Shown here: positions 9,518 through 20,167 of the stretch, one piece after another
How positions within the stretch are numbered: the first letter of the stretch is position 1
Layout: the number at the start of each line of letters is the position of its first letter
Source of the DNA: Clostridia bacterium
Lineage (GTDB): Bacteria > Bacillota > Clostridia > TANB77 > CAG-508
DNA: 64,000 nt
NCBI GenBank assembly: GCA_017936925.1
Contig: JAGBEP010000013.1
Location: forward strand, 5,634 to 69,633
Reading direction: 5' to 3'
The notes under the pieces: generated by a model
What the model was told of the DNA's origin: nothing
Databases searched by the model: none
What the model saw: only the letters and a program-made list of their open reading frames with translations
Program-made: the position numbers and the translations under genes

Positions 9518-11896
9518 TTATTTTAAATATTCTTGTAAAAAGGTACAATTTTCTGGTTCTTTATTTTCTTTTGCGATTTTTAATAATTCCTCCACCATCT
9601 CTTTACTTATTTTGCTACTTTTCTTTTCGTAAAATTTTTTTAGAGGTTTTTGAAGATCCATCATAACTTTTGTAGCTTTATTTACATTTTGTTCTTGTAA
9701 TAGTCTATTCATCTTTTTTATCTGTTCTTCATAAATTATTTTTCCTATTTTAGTTTCTTTTATTTGCTCTAATGTGTTTTCATCGGTAATATGTTCTAAT
9801 TTCAAATGTTTTTCTGGAATTTTATTTTCAAGAATTTCTTCAAATTCTTTATCAGTAATATTTTGTATTTCTCCCGTGTAATATTTTTCCGGATACTTTT
9901 TGCTTATTGTAGCATCTTCAGAATTAATTTTTATTTTTGATTTTAAAATTATATCTTCACTTGATTTTCCTATTTGGATTTCATATATTCCTTCCTCAAC
10001 TTCCCATTTTTTTGTTTCAGGATTAAAATATTCAAAGCTTGATTTATCAAGTTGTACTTTTACTTCTTTTTCTTCTCCTATTTCTAATTCAGTTTTTTCA
10101 AATTGTTTTAATTCTCTTATTGGCTTGAAAATTTTTGGATTTTCTTGGCTTATATAAATTTGTGAAATTTCCTTACCTTTTGCTTTTCCAATATTTTTTA
10201 TTTTAAATCTAACTTCTATTTCTTTTTCTTTTTCGTCTATTTTCAAATCTGAATATTCAAACTCCGTGTAGCTTAGTCCAAATCCAAATGGAAATAGTAG
10301 TTTTGTTTTTTGTTTATTATAGTATCTATATCCTACATAAATTGATTCTTTATATTCTACTGTTAATTCTGTTCCTGGAAAATTTTTGAAACATGGTGTA
10401 TCTTCTAATTTTAATGGATAGCTTTCTGCTAATTTTCCACTTGGATTGACCTTCCCAATTAAACAATTTACTATTGCTTTTCCTCCAGCTTCGCCTCCAA
10501 TATATCCTGTTATGACGCCTTTTACTTTATTAATCCAAGGCATTGTTACAGGTGAACCATTTGATAATACTACTATTACATTATTATTTATTTTACTAAT
10601 TTCTTCTATTAGTTTGTTTTGATTGGTTGGTAAATCTAGCGAAGTTCTGTCAATGCCTTCTGATTCGTAGTTTTCTGTTAGTCCTGCGAATATTACTACT
10701 TTTTTATTTCTTTTAGCTACCTCAATTGCCTTTTCTCTTAAATTTTTGTCGTTTTCTGATTCTATTCTTTCATATCCTTGACTGTATTCGAACTCTATAT
10801 TGTTTTTTATAAAATTATCATAAGCATTTTCTATTTTGAAAGGGTTTATGCTTGAACTACCTGCACCTTGATATCTTGGGAACTTAGCCATATCTCCTAT
10901 TAGGGCTATTTTTTCATTTTTTATTGGTAATATATTTTGCTCATTTTTTAACAAAACTATTGAATCTTCTGCTATTTCTAATGCTATTTTATGGTGTTCT
11001 TCTGGTTTATATTTTTCTAATTTTGTTGTATTTGTTCCTTTTTTAGATGTTTCAATAATTCTATCTACTGCTTTATCTAAATCCTTTTCATCTAGTTTTC
11101 CTGTGTTTACTGCTTGTATGATTTCTTGTATACCATTTCCTCTTCCTCCTGGCATTTCTATCTCATGTGTTGCTTTTAGCCCGTCTACTCTATTGTTTTC
11201 AGCTCCCCAATCTGATATTACTATTCCTTCAAAATTCCATTCATCTCTTAAGATGTCTTTTAATAAATGTTCATTCTCACTGCAGTATTTACCGTTTATT
11301 TTATTGTAAGCACTCATTATTGACCATGGTTTTGATTTTTCTATTATCATTTGAAAAGCTTTCAAATATATTTCTCTTAGGGTTCTTTCATCTACTACTG
11401 CATTTATTGTTCTTCTTCTATTTTCTTGATTATTTACTGCAAAATGTTTTACACAGGCTCCTACTTGTTGACTTTGTAATCCTTTTACATATTCGCTTCC
11501 TAATATCCCGGTTAAATATGGATCTTCTGATATATATTCGAAGTTTCTTCCACATAGTGGACTTCTTTTAATGTTTATTGCTGGTCCTAAAACTATATTT
11601 ACATCTTCTTTTCTAGCTTCTTTTCCTAGGCTTTCTCCTATTTTATATGCGTTTTCTTTGTTCCAACTGTTTCCTATAGTGGATAATGCTGGGAAACAAG
11701 TAGATATTTCGCTTTTATTTATTCCTAGATTGTCTGATTTTTCTTTTTGTACTCTCAAACCGTGTGGTCCATCAGACATTGTGATTTGAGAAATATTGTA
11801 TTGCGTAGCTTTTGCACTATGCCAGTAATCTGCTCCTACACATAATGTTGCCTTTTCTTCTAATGTCATTTTCTTTATAATTTCTTCGTTTTTCAT
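9518..11896 (-). CDS. Glycoside hydrolase family 3 beta-glucosidase with FN3-like domain
   Basis: SDGPHG, GRNFEY, KHFA, SDWG, NPSGKL and PFGFGLSYT motifs. Confidence 0.93.
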   Translation of the reverse strand: MKNEEIIKKMTLEEKATLCVGADYWHSAKATQYNISQITMSDGPHGLRVQKEKSDNLGINKSEISTCFPALSTIGNSWNKENAYKIGESLGKEARKEDVNIVLGPAINIKRSPLCGRNFEYISEDPYLTGILGSEYVKGLQSQQVGACVKHFAVNNQENRRRTINAVVDERTLREIYLKAFQMIIEKSKPWSIMSAYNKINGKYCSENEHLLKDILRDEWNFEGIVISDWGAENNRVDGLKATHEIEMPGGRGNGIQEIIQAVNTGKLDEKDLDKAVDRIIETSKKGTNTTKLEKYKPEEHHKIALEIAEDSIVLLKNEQNILPIKNEKIALIGDMAKFPRYQGAGSSSINPFKIENAYDNFIKNNIEFEYSQGYERIESENDKNLREKAIEVAKRNKKVVIFAGLTENYESEGIDRTSLDLPTNQNKLIEEISKINNNVIVVLSNGSPVTMPWINKVKGVITGYIGGEAGGKAIVNCLIGKVNPSGKLAESYPLKLEDTPCFKNFPGTELTVEYKESIYVGYRYYNKQKTKLLFPFGFGLSYTEFEYSDLKIDEKEKEIEVRFKIKNIGKAKGKEISQIYISQENPKIFKPIRELKQFEKTELEIGEEKEVKVQLDKSSFEYFNPETKKWEVEEGIYEIQIGKSSEDIILKSKIKINSEDATISKKYPEKYYTGEIQNITDKEFEEILENKIPEKHLKLEHITDENTLEQIKETKIGKIIYEEQIKKMNRLLQEQNVNKATKVMMDLQKPLKKFYEKKSSKISKEMVEELLKIAKENKEPENCTFLQEYLK

Positions 11897-11965
11897 GCTA
11901 CTTTCTCCGTTTTATATTATTTTTGTATTTTATATCATATTTTTTCTTTATATTCAATGATTACA

Positions 11966-11994
11966 TTGCTATTTAGCGGTTTCTGTGTTATTAT
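11966..11994 (+). promoter_or_regulatory. Sigma-A-like promoter for the GT2 gene
   Basis: TTGCTA-17-TATTAT with TG extended -10. Confidence 0.5.
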
Positions 11995-12063
11995 TTTGTC
12001 ATAGGAACTTATGACTTAAGATTTCTTTTTATGAATCTCGCGTGTTTTTTGGAGGTGAAGCGT

Positions 12064-12924
12064 ATGCTTTTTAGTTTTGTTGTTCCTGTTTTTAACGCTA
12101 AGACATTTATCCGGAAATGTCTTGACAGCATTTTAGCACAGTCATTTAAAGATTTCGAAATCGTCATTATTGATGATGGTTCCACTGACGGAACTTCAGA
12201 AATCTTAGATGAATATGCTGCTAACAATAACTGGATTAACGTATATCATTTTGCTAATGCAGGAGTTTCTATCGCTCGTAGGAGAAGTATTACACTTGCA
12301 AATGGCGAATATATTATTTTCGTTGATTCAGATGACACTGTTAACCCTGATCTCTAAAAAAATCTTTCTAAGGCAATCATTGATTATGAGCACCCTGATC
12401 TTCTTAGGATTCAGGCTAATTTAGTTAATGACTCTCCTAGCAAAGATAGTGAGAGATACAACTTTAAATCCAATATTGGAGTTCCTATGTCTAGTATTGA
12501 AGCTATGAAGATGTGGTCTGTGCCTAATAAAAAATATGCTGTTTACTGGTTGTTTGCCTTTAAAGTAACTATTTTTTCTAAGGTACTTTTTGTCACATCT
12601 TTGAGATGCTATGAGGATGTCGCTCTTATTCCAGTTCTTGTCTCTGCTGCAGAGAAAGTTGTCGTTATCGACTATGTTGGTTACAATTACACTTGCAACA
12701 ACGAGTCTAGTTTAACAAATATTCGCAGTTTAGAGGCAGAAATAAGCAGAGCGAATGACTTCTATTCCGCATTTTTGTATGCTATAGAAAACTTTACTAA
12801 GCTGGATAATGTTACTAGTTTAGATATAGCTTTTTTTGTAGCAGACTTTACCAGAAGACTTCGTGGTAAATATGACTCTCTTCCTGAGGAATTGAAACCA
12901 CTCTTCGACCATTGGTTTAAGTAA
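12064..12924 (+). pseudogene. Glycosyltransferase family 2 interrupted by an in-frame TAA at 12355-12357
   Basis: VVPVFN, IDDGSTD, NAGVS and FVDSDD motifs. The same frame continues past the TAA (KNLSKAI...) into the 12487..12924 ORF, which has a YEDV motif. Confidence 0.82.
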
Positions 12925-13003
12925 CACGCATTGTAGCCCCTATCTTTATTTATTAATTGATTGAGGCTACTTTCTTTTTGTTTTTTATAAAGTTTTATTT
13001 GTA

Positions 13004-14965
13004 TTAATTCGTATGAACTATTATTTGAGTACTTTCTTTTACTATTACATCTTTTTCTGGTATTTGTTTTGTTATTATTTGTGTTTTTTCTGTTCCCTCG
13101 TCATATTTTATTTCTAAATTGTTTTCTTTTAATATTTCTTCTGCTTCTGTTATTGTTAATCCAATTAGATTTGGTACCTTTACGTCTAGTAACTCTTCTG
13201 TTTCTTTCTGTAATTCTAGATATGGTAAAACTTCTGATAATATTTTTCCTGAAACTGGTGAAGCTACACCTCCTCCTTGATGTCCTCCTTCTCCTGTTGG
13301 ATTGTATAATGTTACTAATATTACTACTTCTGGGTCTTCTATAGGTGCTACTCCAATAAATGATGCAACATATTTTCCAGTGTTTACTCCATCTTCTGAT
13401 GTTCCTGTTTTTCCACCTATTCTATAACCTTCTACTTTTGAACCTTTTCCTGTTCCTTCTGATACAACTGATTCCATCATATTTAGCACTTTATTGGCAG
13501 TCTCTTCAGAAATCACTTGTTCTCCATATTGAGGATTAATTTCTTCTCTTGCTCCTGTTTCTGGATCTATTATTTCTTTAACTAATCTCGGAGTAACATA
13601 TTTTCCCTTATTTGCTATAGTAGATAGCATAGTTACCATTTGAATCGGTGTTACTTCAAATCGTTGTCCAAAACTTATCGTTGCTAGTTCTACTGGTCCT
13701 ACCTTCTCTTGTGCTAAAAATATGCTTGATGCTTCTCCTGGTATGTCTATTCCTGTTTTTTTCAAAAATCCAAATTTTTCTAAATATTGATAATATTTTT
13801 CTGCACCTATTTTTTGTCCTATTCCAATAAATACAGGGTTACATGAGTTCATTAAGGCTTCTCTTAAGCTTTGACTTCCATGTGGTCTATAATATCTCCA
13901 ACATTTTATTCTTACTCCTGCAATTTCAATTCCTCCTGTACACGAAAACTCACCTTGGTTATCTGTATCTGTCATTTTTTCTTCTAGCGCTGCTGAAGCT
14001 GTGACTAATTTAAATGTTGATCCTGGTTCGTATGTATCTGCTATTGCTTTATTTCTCCACATTGTTTGTAGATTATTATTTCTTTCTTCTGGTGACAATT
14101 CTTCCCATACACCTTCTAATTCACTATTATTTATTTTAAATGGTTCATTTAAATTATAGTTTGGATATGTCGCCATACATAAAATGTCACCATTTTTCGG
14201 ATTCATTATAATTATATTTCCACCGTCTGTACACTCATTGTCAATACATGCTTCTTCTAAATATTTTTCTGCAATTGATTGAATGTTTTTATCTATTGTT
14301 AGTTCAATACTTTTTCCTTCTTTTGCTTCTTCATAATTTTCATTTTCGTTTTCTATATTTTTTCCTTTTGCATCCGTTTTTTGTCCTATACTACCTTTTG
14401 TTCCTTGCAAAATTTCATCATATTTTGCTTCTAATCCATTTAGTCCTTGGTTATCACTTCCGCAAAATCCAATAATCTGAGATGCTAATGTACTATTAGG
14501 ATAATATCTTTTTGTGTCTTCATCAATATTTATGCCTGTATCAATATTATTTTCTATTAACCATTTTCTTATTTCATTACTTTTTTCTTTTTCTATTTTT
14601 TTACTTATGATTTCTATTGAACTGTTTCTATTTACTTTTTTTAATACGTTTTCATAGTCTAACTCTAGTACTTCTGATATTTTTTTTGCTACCATTTCTT
14701 TTTTATCTTTTGGAATATTACTTGGATTTACAGTTACCATTTCAGTTGATGCACTCATAGCTAAAATCTCACCGTTTCGGTCATATATAATTCCTCTCTT
14801 GGCTGAAATTTCTCTGTCTAGATATTGTTGCTTATTTGCTAAATTTTTATATTCTGTTCCTTTTATTAATTGTATCCATCCTATTCTTATTATTAACAAT
14901 GTAAATATTGTTATTTCTATAAAAAACATTATTCTTAATCTTTTTTTGATATTTAAAAATCCCAT
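13004..14965 (-). CDS. Class B penicillin-binding protein (FtsI/SpoVD-like) with one PASTA domain
   Basis: RGIIYDRNG, PGSTFK, SCN and KTGT motifs; follows ftsL; ATG at 14965 after AAGGAG. Confidence 0.92.
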   Translation of the reverse strand: MGFLNIKKRLRIMFFIEITIFTLLIIRIGWIQLIKGTEYKNLANKQQYLDREISAKRGIIYDRNGEILAMSASTEMVTVNPSNIPKDKKEMVAKKISEVLELDYENVLKKVNRNSSIEIISKKIEKEKSNEIRKWLIENNIDTGINIDEDTKRYYPNSTLASQIIGFCGSDNQGLNGLEAKYDEILQGTKGSIGQKTDAKGKNIENENENYEEAKEGKSIELTIDKNIQSIAEKYLEEACIDNECTDGGNIIIMNPKNGDILCMATYPNYNLNEPFKINNSELEGVWEELSPEERNNNLQTMWRNKAIADTYEPGSTFKLVTASAALEEKMTDTDNQGEFSCTGGIEIAGVRIKCWRYYRPHGSQSLREALMNSCNPVFIGIGQKIGAEKYYQYLEKFGFLKKTGIDIPGEASSIFLAQEKVGPVELATISFGQRFEVTPIQMVTMLSTIANKGKYVTPRLVKEIIDPETGAREEINPQYGEQVISEETANKVLNMMESVVSEGTGKGSKVEGYRIGGKTGTSEDGVNTGKYVASFIGVAPIEDPEVVILVTLYNPTGEGGHQGGGVASPVSGKILSEVLPYLELQKETEELLDVKVPNLIGLTITEAEEILKENNLEIKYDEGTEKTQIITKQIPEKDVIVKESTQIIVHTN

Positions 14966-15034
14966 GAACATTCTCCTTTTATAAAAAATATTCATGAGAT
15001 TTTAAATTATTTATTAAATTAATTTGTTAGTTTT

Positions 15035-15556
15035 CTAAAATATATCCTTTATTTTATTTATAACCTTGTTTATTAGCCCTTCGTCCTCCTCGATTACTAC
15101 ACTTTCTGTTGCTGGTTGAATATAATCTTTTTTAGGTAAGCTAATATAAACTGTTTGCTTAGTAGATAATTTTTGCATTCCTAATAGTTCTTTTGCTTGT
15201 TGTTCTACATTATTAAGGTTCAAGCTATTTTCTATGTCTACTTTCATTTGCTCATTTTCTTTTTCTACTGATAAATATGCTTGTTTCATTTCTTCATTTT
15301 TGTTAAATGCTTCATCTATTTGTGAATTTCTGAAGCTTATTGTTAGTATTGATGCAAAGACTAATCCTACTGCTACTCCTATTTTTATTCTATTTTGAGT
15401 TTTTGTAGATGTTATTGTTTGAGCTTTTTTAGGGTTAGTTTTCAATTTTGGTGCAGTTGATTTTTTTGGGTATTTTTTATTTCTAATTCTATACTCTGGT
15501 TCTAATTTGCGCGGGCTTGTTTCATATTGATATTTGTTAGATCTCTGCATAGACAA
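15035..15556 (-). CDS. ftsL: FtsL-like cell division protein
   Basis: Single TM followed by a coiled coil and AKELLGM; lies between rsmH and the PBP gene. Confidence 0.75.
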   Translation of the reverse strand: MSMQRSNKYQYETSPRKLEPEYRIRNKKYPKKSTAPKLKTNPKKAQTITSTKTQNRIKIGVAVGLVFASILTISFRNSQIDEAFNKNEEMKQAYLSVEKENEQMKVDIENSLNLNNVEQQAKELLGMQKLSTKQTVYISLPKKDYIQPATESVVIEEDEGLINKVINKIKDIF

Positions 15557-15573
15557 ATCAAATGCACCTCCTT

Positions 15574-16506
15574 TTATATTTTTTCAAAAATTCTCAATTT
15601 TGCACTTTTACTTCTTGAGTTTTTGTTCATTTCTTCTTCTGTTGGTAATATTGGTTTTTTAGTTAAATTCTTACCTTTTTTTATCGCTCCACATGCACAA
15701 TATGGCAAACCTGGTGGACATATACATTTTCCTTCTGCATCTGTATATGCATTTTTTACCGCTCTATCTTCTAGAGAGTGAAATGTTATAATACAAATTC
15801 TTCCTCCTGGTTTTAAGCAGTCGATTGAATCTATAACTGTTTGATATAATGGTTTTATTTCGTTATTTACTTCTATTCTTATCGCTTGGAAAGTTCTTTT
15901 GGCTGGATGAGAATCTTTATTTTTAAATTTGGACGGAATCGATTTTTCTATTATTTCAACTAGTTTTTTAGTTGTTATAATTTCTTCTTTTTGTCTTTCT
16001 ATACAAATATTTTTGGCTATCTGCCTAGAAAATTTTTCTTCACCATATTCATATATTATTTTTGCTAATTCTTCTTCTTTATAATTATTTACTACAAATT
16101 TCGCATCTAATTTTTGTGTTTTATCCATTCTCATGTCTAAAACATTTTCTCCTAAATAGCTAAATCCTCTGTTTCTTTCATCTAACTGATATGATGAAAC
16201 GCCTAAATCTAATAATATTCCATCAACTTTTTCAATATCTAGTTCATCTAATATTTCTTTTATATTATCATGATTTCCGTGATAATATAGAACATTTTGA
16301 TAATCTTTTAATTTTTCTTTAGCTGCTTTTAGTGCATCTGTATCTTTATCTATTCCTATTAACTTTCCATTTTTTGATAATCTTTTTATTATTTGACTAC
16401 TATGACCTGCTCCTCCTAATGTTCCATCTACATATATTCCATCTTTTTTTATGTTTAAGCCTTCTATGCATTCATTTAGTAGTACTGATTTGTGAACAAA
16501 ATCCAT
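15574..16506 (-). CDS. rsmH: 16S rRNA m4C1402 methyltransferase
   Basis: [38 protein letters not shown] and SAKLR motifs; ATG at 16506. Confidence 0.97.
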   Translation of the reverse strand: MDFVHKSVLLNECIEGLNIKKDGIYVDGTLGGAGHSSQIIKRLSKNGKLIGIDKDTDALKAAKEKLKDYQNVLYYHGNHDNIKEILDELDIEKVDGILLDLGVSSYQLDERNRGFSYLGENVLDMRMDKTQKLDAKFVVNNYKEEELAKIIYEYGEEKFSRQIAKNICIERQKEEIITTKKLVEIIEKSIPSKFKNKDSHPAKRTFQAIRIEVNNEIKPLYQTVIDSIDCLKPGGRICIITFHSLEDRAVKNAYTDAEGKCICPPGLPYCACGAIKKGKNLTKKPILPTEEEMNKNSRSKSAKLRIFEKI

Positions 16507-16585
16507 TAGAACCTCTTTATTATAATTGCTAAAAAGTTGGTACACATTTTTATACCAACTGTTTATTCTTTTAAGTATATTCTTA

Positions 16586-16793
16586 TTTCTTCTGAGGTCA
16601 TGTATCGACCTCAGAAGAATTTTTTCTTTTGTTCTTTTTTCTTTTGTATTTTTAAATCTTTTGAATCTTAAAGAGTCTTTTGTAAACTTTAAAATTCTTT
16701 TGTAATTTAATTTTTCTTATGGCAGCTAAAGCTGCCCTTTTTCTTTGGTATTTTTTCTTTTTATCTTTTGTTCTTTTTTTATTTTATCTTTTG
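16586..16793 (-). repeat. Array of seven CAAAAGA motifs (TCTTTTG on +) with two hairpins in the mraZ-rsmH spacer
   Basis: TCTTTTG at 16625, 16640, 16657, 16676, 16696, 16764 and 16787; hairpins at about 16587-16619 and 16721-16736. Confidence 0.75.
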
Positions 16794-16816
16794 TGTTTTA
16801 TATAAACTTTTTCAAG

Positions 16817-17248
16817 TTATATACCTAACATTGTCATATTTTCTGCAATATCTTCAACTGATATATTTTCTTCGCTATTATAAGTTGTCCATTTTTCTTT
16901 ATCCCAAATTTCAATTCTAGTTCCTACTCCTATAATTACTACCTCTTTTTTAAAATTGGCTGATTCTCTTAAATTATTAGGAATCAAGAATCTTCCTTGT
17001 TTGTCTATCTCACATTCAGTTGCTCCTGATAAGAAAAATCTAGTAAATTCTCTGGAATTTCTATTTGAAAGTGGAAGTGATTTTAATTTTTCTTCGAAGT
17101 TTTTCCATTCATCTAAAGAAAACGCGAACAAGCAACCATCTAATCCTTTAGTTACAATGAAGTTTTCACCTATTGAACTTTTTAGCTTAGCTGGCATTAT
17201 TAACCTTCCTTTGGCATCTAACGAATGCTCAAATTCGCCAATTAGCAT
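16817..17248 (-). CDS. mraZ: Division/cell-wall cluster transcriptional regulator MraZ
   Basis: DAKGRL and DKQGRF repeats and a RIEIW motif; 143 aa from ATG 17248. Confidence 0.96.
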   Translation of the reverse strand: MLIGEFEHSLDAKGRLIMPAKLKSSIGENFIVTKGLDGCLFAFSLDEWKNFEEKLKSLPLSNRNSREFTRFFLSGATECEIDKQGRFLIPNNLRESANFKKEVVIIGVGTRIEIWDKEKWTTYNSEENISVEDIAENMTMLGI

Positions 17249-17271
17249 GTTCCACATCCTTTCTGGTGGTT

Positions 17272-17299
17272 CACCACTTTCTACCACTTTTCTCCACCT
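17272..17299 (-). promoter_or_regulatory. MraZ-binding GTGG repeats
   Basis: Three (A/G)GTGG boxes at exact 10-bp spacing (CCAC at 17274, 17284, 17294) directly upstream of mraZ. Confidence 0.8.
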
Positions 17300-17469
17300 T
17301 TGTTTAAATTTTAATATATAAAATTATTATTTGCAAGTATTTTTTTGTCTTATTTATTTTTTTAACACAATTGTAATATTAGTAAAAAATTATTTTATAT
17401 TTTTTGCTTTCTTCTTGATTTTTCATATATATATATTTATAATTTATATGCAATTATAAGGAGGTTTAT

Positions 17470-18486
17470 ATGGGTAATACTAAAAAGAAAGAGCATCCTC
17501 AGCTTAAAAGTTTCGGTATTACATTACTTCTTGGAGTTATTTTAATAATTGGTGCAATTATTAGTAATCAATTTCCTGATGAAGTTAATAATTTAATTGA
17601 AGAAAATTTAAATATTTCTACCGAAACTACTAATGTAATCTCCGTAAATACAGTAGTAAACACAGTTGTATCTGCTGATTCAAAATTGCAAATATATTAT
17701 TTTGATGTAGGTCAAGCTGATTCTATCTTAGTTATTGCTGATGAACAAACAATGCTTATTGATGCTGGTAATAACGAAGATGGTCCACTTCTTGTTGGAT
17801 ATATTCAAGGTCTTGGCATTACCAAAATAGATTACTTGGTTGGAACTCACCCTCATGAAGATCATATTGGTGGTTTGGATGATATTATCAACAATTTTGA
17901 AATTGGAAAAATTTATATGCCAGATGCAACAACTACTACATCTACCTTTCAATCTGTTTTAGAAGCAATTTCTGCAAAAGGTCTTTCTATAACTCGTTGT
18001 GAAATTGGTAGTACTTTTGGTTTAGGTGATGGTGTTTGTACAATAATGTCTGTCGAAAATGAGGAACAATCAAATTTGAATTTGAATTCTATTGTTATTC
18101 ACTTAGCTTACGGGGAAAAGACATTTTTATTTATGGGAGATGCTGAAAAAGAAATAGAAGAAAAAATTTCTTGGCCTAAAGTGGATGTTTTGAAAGTTGG
18201 ACATCATGGTTCTGATACAAGTTCTACAGAAAAATTTATTAATAGCGTAAAACCAGAAACTGCTATCATTTCTGTTGGGGCTAATAATACTTATTCTCAT
18301 CCAGCTCAGTCTATTTTAGATACGCTTACAAAATCTGGTGCTAAAATTTATAGAACCGATGAAGTTGGTACAATATTATTAACTAGTGATGGTAAAACTT
18401 ATAATATTCAAACATTCTTTACAGCTTTAGATGGCAATTCTTCTACTGCAAATAAAAATAATTCTCAAACTGAGGAAACGGAATAA
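17470..18486 (+). CDS. Membrane-anchored ComEC-like MBL-fold hydrolase
   Basis: N-terminal TM; DVGQAD, THPHEDHIGG, GDAE, KVGHHGS and YRTD motifs. Confidence 0.88.
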   Translation: MGNTKKKEHPQLKSFGITLLLGVILIIGAIISNQFPDEVNNLIEENLNISTETTNVISVNTVVNTVVSADSKLQIYYFDVGQADSILVIADEQTMLIDAGNNEDGPLLVGYIQGLGITKIDYLVGTHPHEDHIGGLDDIINNFEIGKIYMPDATTTTSTFQSVLEAISAKGLSITRCEIGSTFGLGDGVCTIMSVENEEQSNLNLNSIVIHLAYGEKTFLFMGDAEKEIEEKISWPKVDVLKVGHHGSDTSSTEKFINSVKPETAIISVGANNTYSHPAQSILDTLTKSGAKIYRTDEVGTILLTSDGKTYNIQTFFTALDGNSSTANKNNSQTEETE

Positions 18487-18520
18487 AAATATCCACTCAT
18501 AAAATGAGTGGATATTTTTT
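18485..18520. terminator. Bidirectional intrinsic terminator between convergent genes
   Basis: Inverted repeat AAAAATATCCACTCAT / ATGAGTGGATATTTTT. Confidence 0.85.
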
Positions 18521-19352
18521 ATTCTTTATAATTTTCTCTTAATAATTTTATTTCTTTTCCATATCCTTCTAGTTCATTTGGTGTTTCTAAAAAGAATGGC
18601 AAGTGTTTTAATTTAGGATGATTTATTACTTTTACTAGTGCTTCTAATCCAATATTCCCTTCTCCTATTTTTGCATGTCTATCTTTGTGTGAACCACAAA
18701 GATTTAAACTATCGTTTAAATGAATTGCATATAGTTTATCTAGTCCTATTATTTGGTCAAATTCTTCTATTACATGATCTAGGTTATTTACAATATCGTA
18801 TCCTCCATCAAATATATGACATGTATCAAGACATACTCCTAACTTTTCTTGTAATTTTACTTTATCTATAATCGTTTTTAATTCTTCAAAACTTCTTCCT
18901 ATTTCTGAACCTTTTCCTGCCATTGTTTCTAACAATACTGTTGTCGTTTGATTTGGCTTTAATATTTCATTTAGCATTTCTACTATATATTCGATTCCTT
19001 TTTCAGCACCTTGTCCAACATGACTTCCTGGATGAAAATTATATAAAGCTCCTGGAAGATATTCTAATCTTTTTAAATCATCTTCCATTGTTTCTTTAGC
19101 AAATTCTCTTATTTCTGGCTTTTCAGCTGCTGCATTTAAGGTGTATGGTGCATGTGCCAAAAAGCTTTCTATTCCATTTTCTTTAGCTAATTGTTTGAAT
19201 TTTTTTATATCTTCTTCGTCAATTGGTTTTGCAGCTCCGCCTCTTGGATTTCTAGTAAAAAATTGTACAGTGTTTGCATCTATACTTACAGCATCTTTTC
19301 CCATTTGATAAAATCCTTTTGATATTGATAAATGACATCCTATTTTTAACAT
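18519..19352 (-). CDS. nfo: Endonuclease IV
   Basis: [28 protein letters not shown] and LETP motifs. Confidence 0.96.
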   Translation of the reverse strand: MLKIGCHLSISKGFYQMGKDAVSIDANTVQFFTRNPRGGAAKPIDEEDIKKFKQLAKENGIESFLAHAPYTLNAAAEKPEIREFAKETMEDDLKRLEYLPGALYNFHPGSHVGQGAEKGIEYIVEMLNEILKPNQTTTVLLETMAGKGSEIGRSFEELKTIIDKVKLQEKLGVCLDTCHIFDGGYDIVNNLDHVIEEFDQIIGLDKLYAIHLNDSLNLCGSHKDRHAKIGEGNIGLEALVKVINHPKLKHLPFFLETPNELEGYGKEIKLLRENYKE

Positions 19353-19353
19353 T

Positions 19354-20034
19354 TTATTTCCTCTTCATCTTTCTTAATTTTTCTTTTTCTTTATTATCTA
19401 TTCTTGTCGATTCTATTATTTTCTGAATTGATTTGTTGTATACAAAATTGCTTAATATATTTGATTTTAAATATTTTAATGTTTCTTTTGGAAACTTTAT
19501 ATAGCATATTGAAATAAGCCATGCCATTGCCATTTCTACATAGTATTCTTCTTTTTTTATTTTTTCAGTGATTTGAAATATTTTTATAATATACTCTTTT
19601 TCAATGAAATAATCTAATAATGATACTAATCCAAATCTTATTTCAAATTCTGATTTACTATTATCTAAATATTTTTGTATAAAATTATAAAATTCTTCTT
19701 TTTCTTTTATTTTTAACCCTGCTACGAAAGTATCACATATTGCCCAATTATCTATTAGTGGAATAAAATTTTCAATGTAATTTAACTTTGTGGTTATTTC
19801 CATTTTTTTAAGACCTATCATCATTCCTTTTAGCATTATTTCTTCATAATATTGATTTTCTATTTTTAAAAAGTTTTCTTCAAATCCTTCTTTTATTAGT
19901 TCTTTTGCATACTTTCTTAATATAGGCACTCTTACTCCTATAATATTGTCAGTATTAGGGCAAAGACTTGTATGAAATTCTTTATATTTTTCGTCTGCTA
20001 GACTAAATATTTTTTCTCTTATTTTGTTTTTCAT
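19354..20034 (-). CDS. DNA alkylation repair protein (AlkD-like)
   Basis: [13 protein letters not shown] and YYVEMAMAW motifs; adjacent to nfo. Confidence 0.85.
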   Translation of the reverse strand: MKNKIREKIFSLADEKYKEFHTSLCPNTDNIIGVRVPILRKYAKELIKEGFEENFLKIENQYYEEIMLKGMMIGLKKMEITTKLNYIENFIPLIDNWAICDTFVAGLKIKEKEEFYNFIQKYLDNSKSEFEIRFGLVSLLDYFIEKEYIIKIFQITEKIKKEEYYVEMAMAWLISICYIKFPKETLKYLKSNILSNFVYNKSIQKIIESTRIDNKEKEKLRKMKRK

Positions 20035-20095
20035 GTTTAAATATTATCATATTTTATTTCTTTACTCAACCTTATTTTTTCTTTCTTTGAAGTAT

Positions 20096-20123
20096 TGCAT
20101 TTTATGTAAAGTTGTGCTATAAT
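20096..20123 (+). promoter_or_regulatory. Sigma-A-like promoter
   Basis: TTGCAT -35 and TGTGCTATAAT extended -10 upstream of the 20168 ORF. Confidence 0.65.
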
Positions 20124-20167
20124 AAACAGAGCAATCCATAAGAAAAAAAACGAAAAGGAGGAGCTTC

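Noticed and set aside
12355..12357. Stop-codon reassignment suggested by the internal TAA
   Set aside because: It is a single case, and TAA terminates most genes in the window
16620..16800. Possible CRISPR array or small ORF in the mraZ-rsmH spacer
   Set aside because: The repeat unit is only 7 bp with irregular short spacers, there are no cas genes, and the frames checked close quickly
17470..18486. Complete comEC competence gene
   Set aside because: Only the MBL domain with one TM is present; the multi-TM competence channel domain is absent
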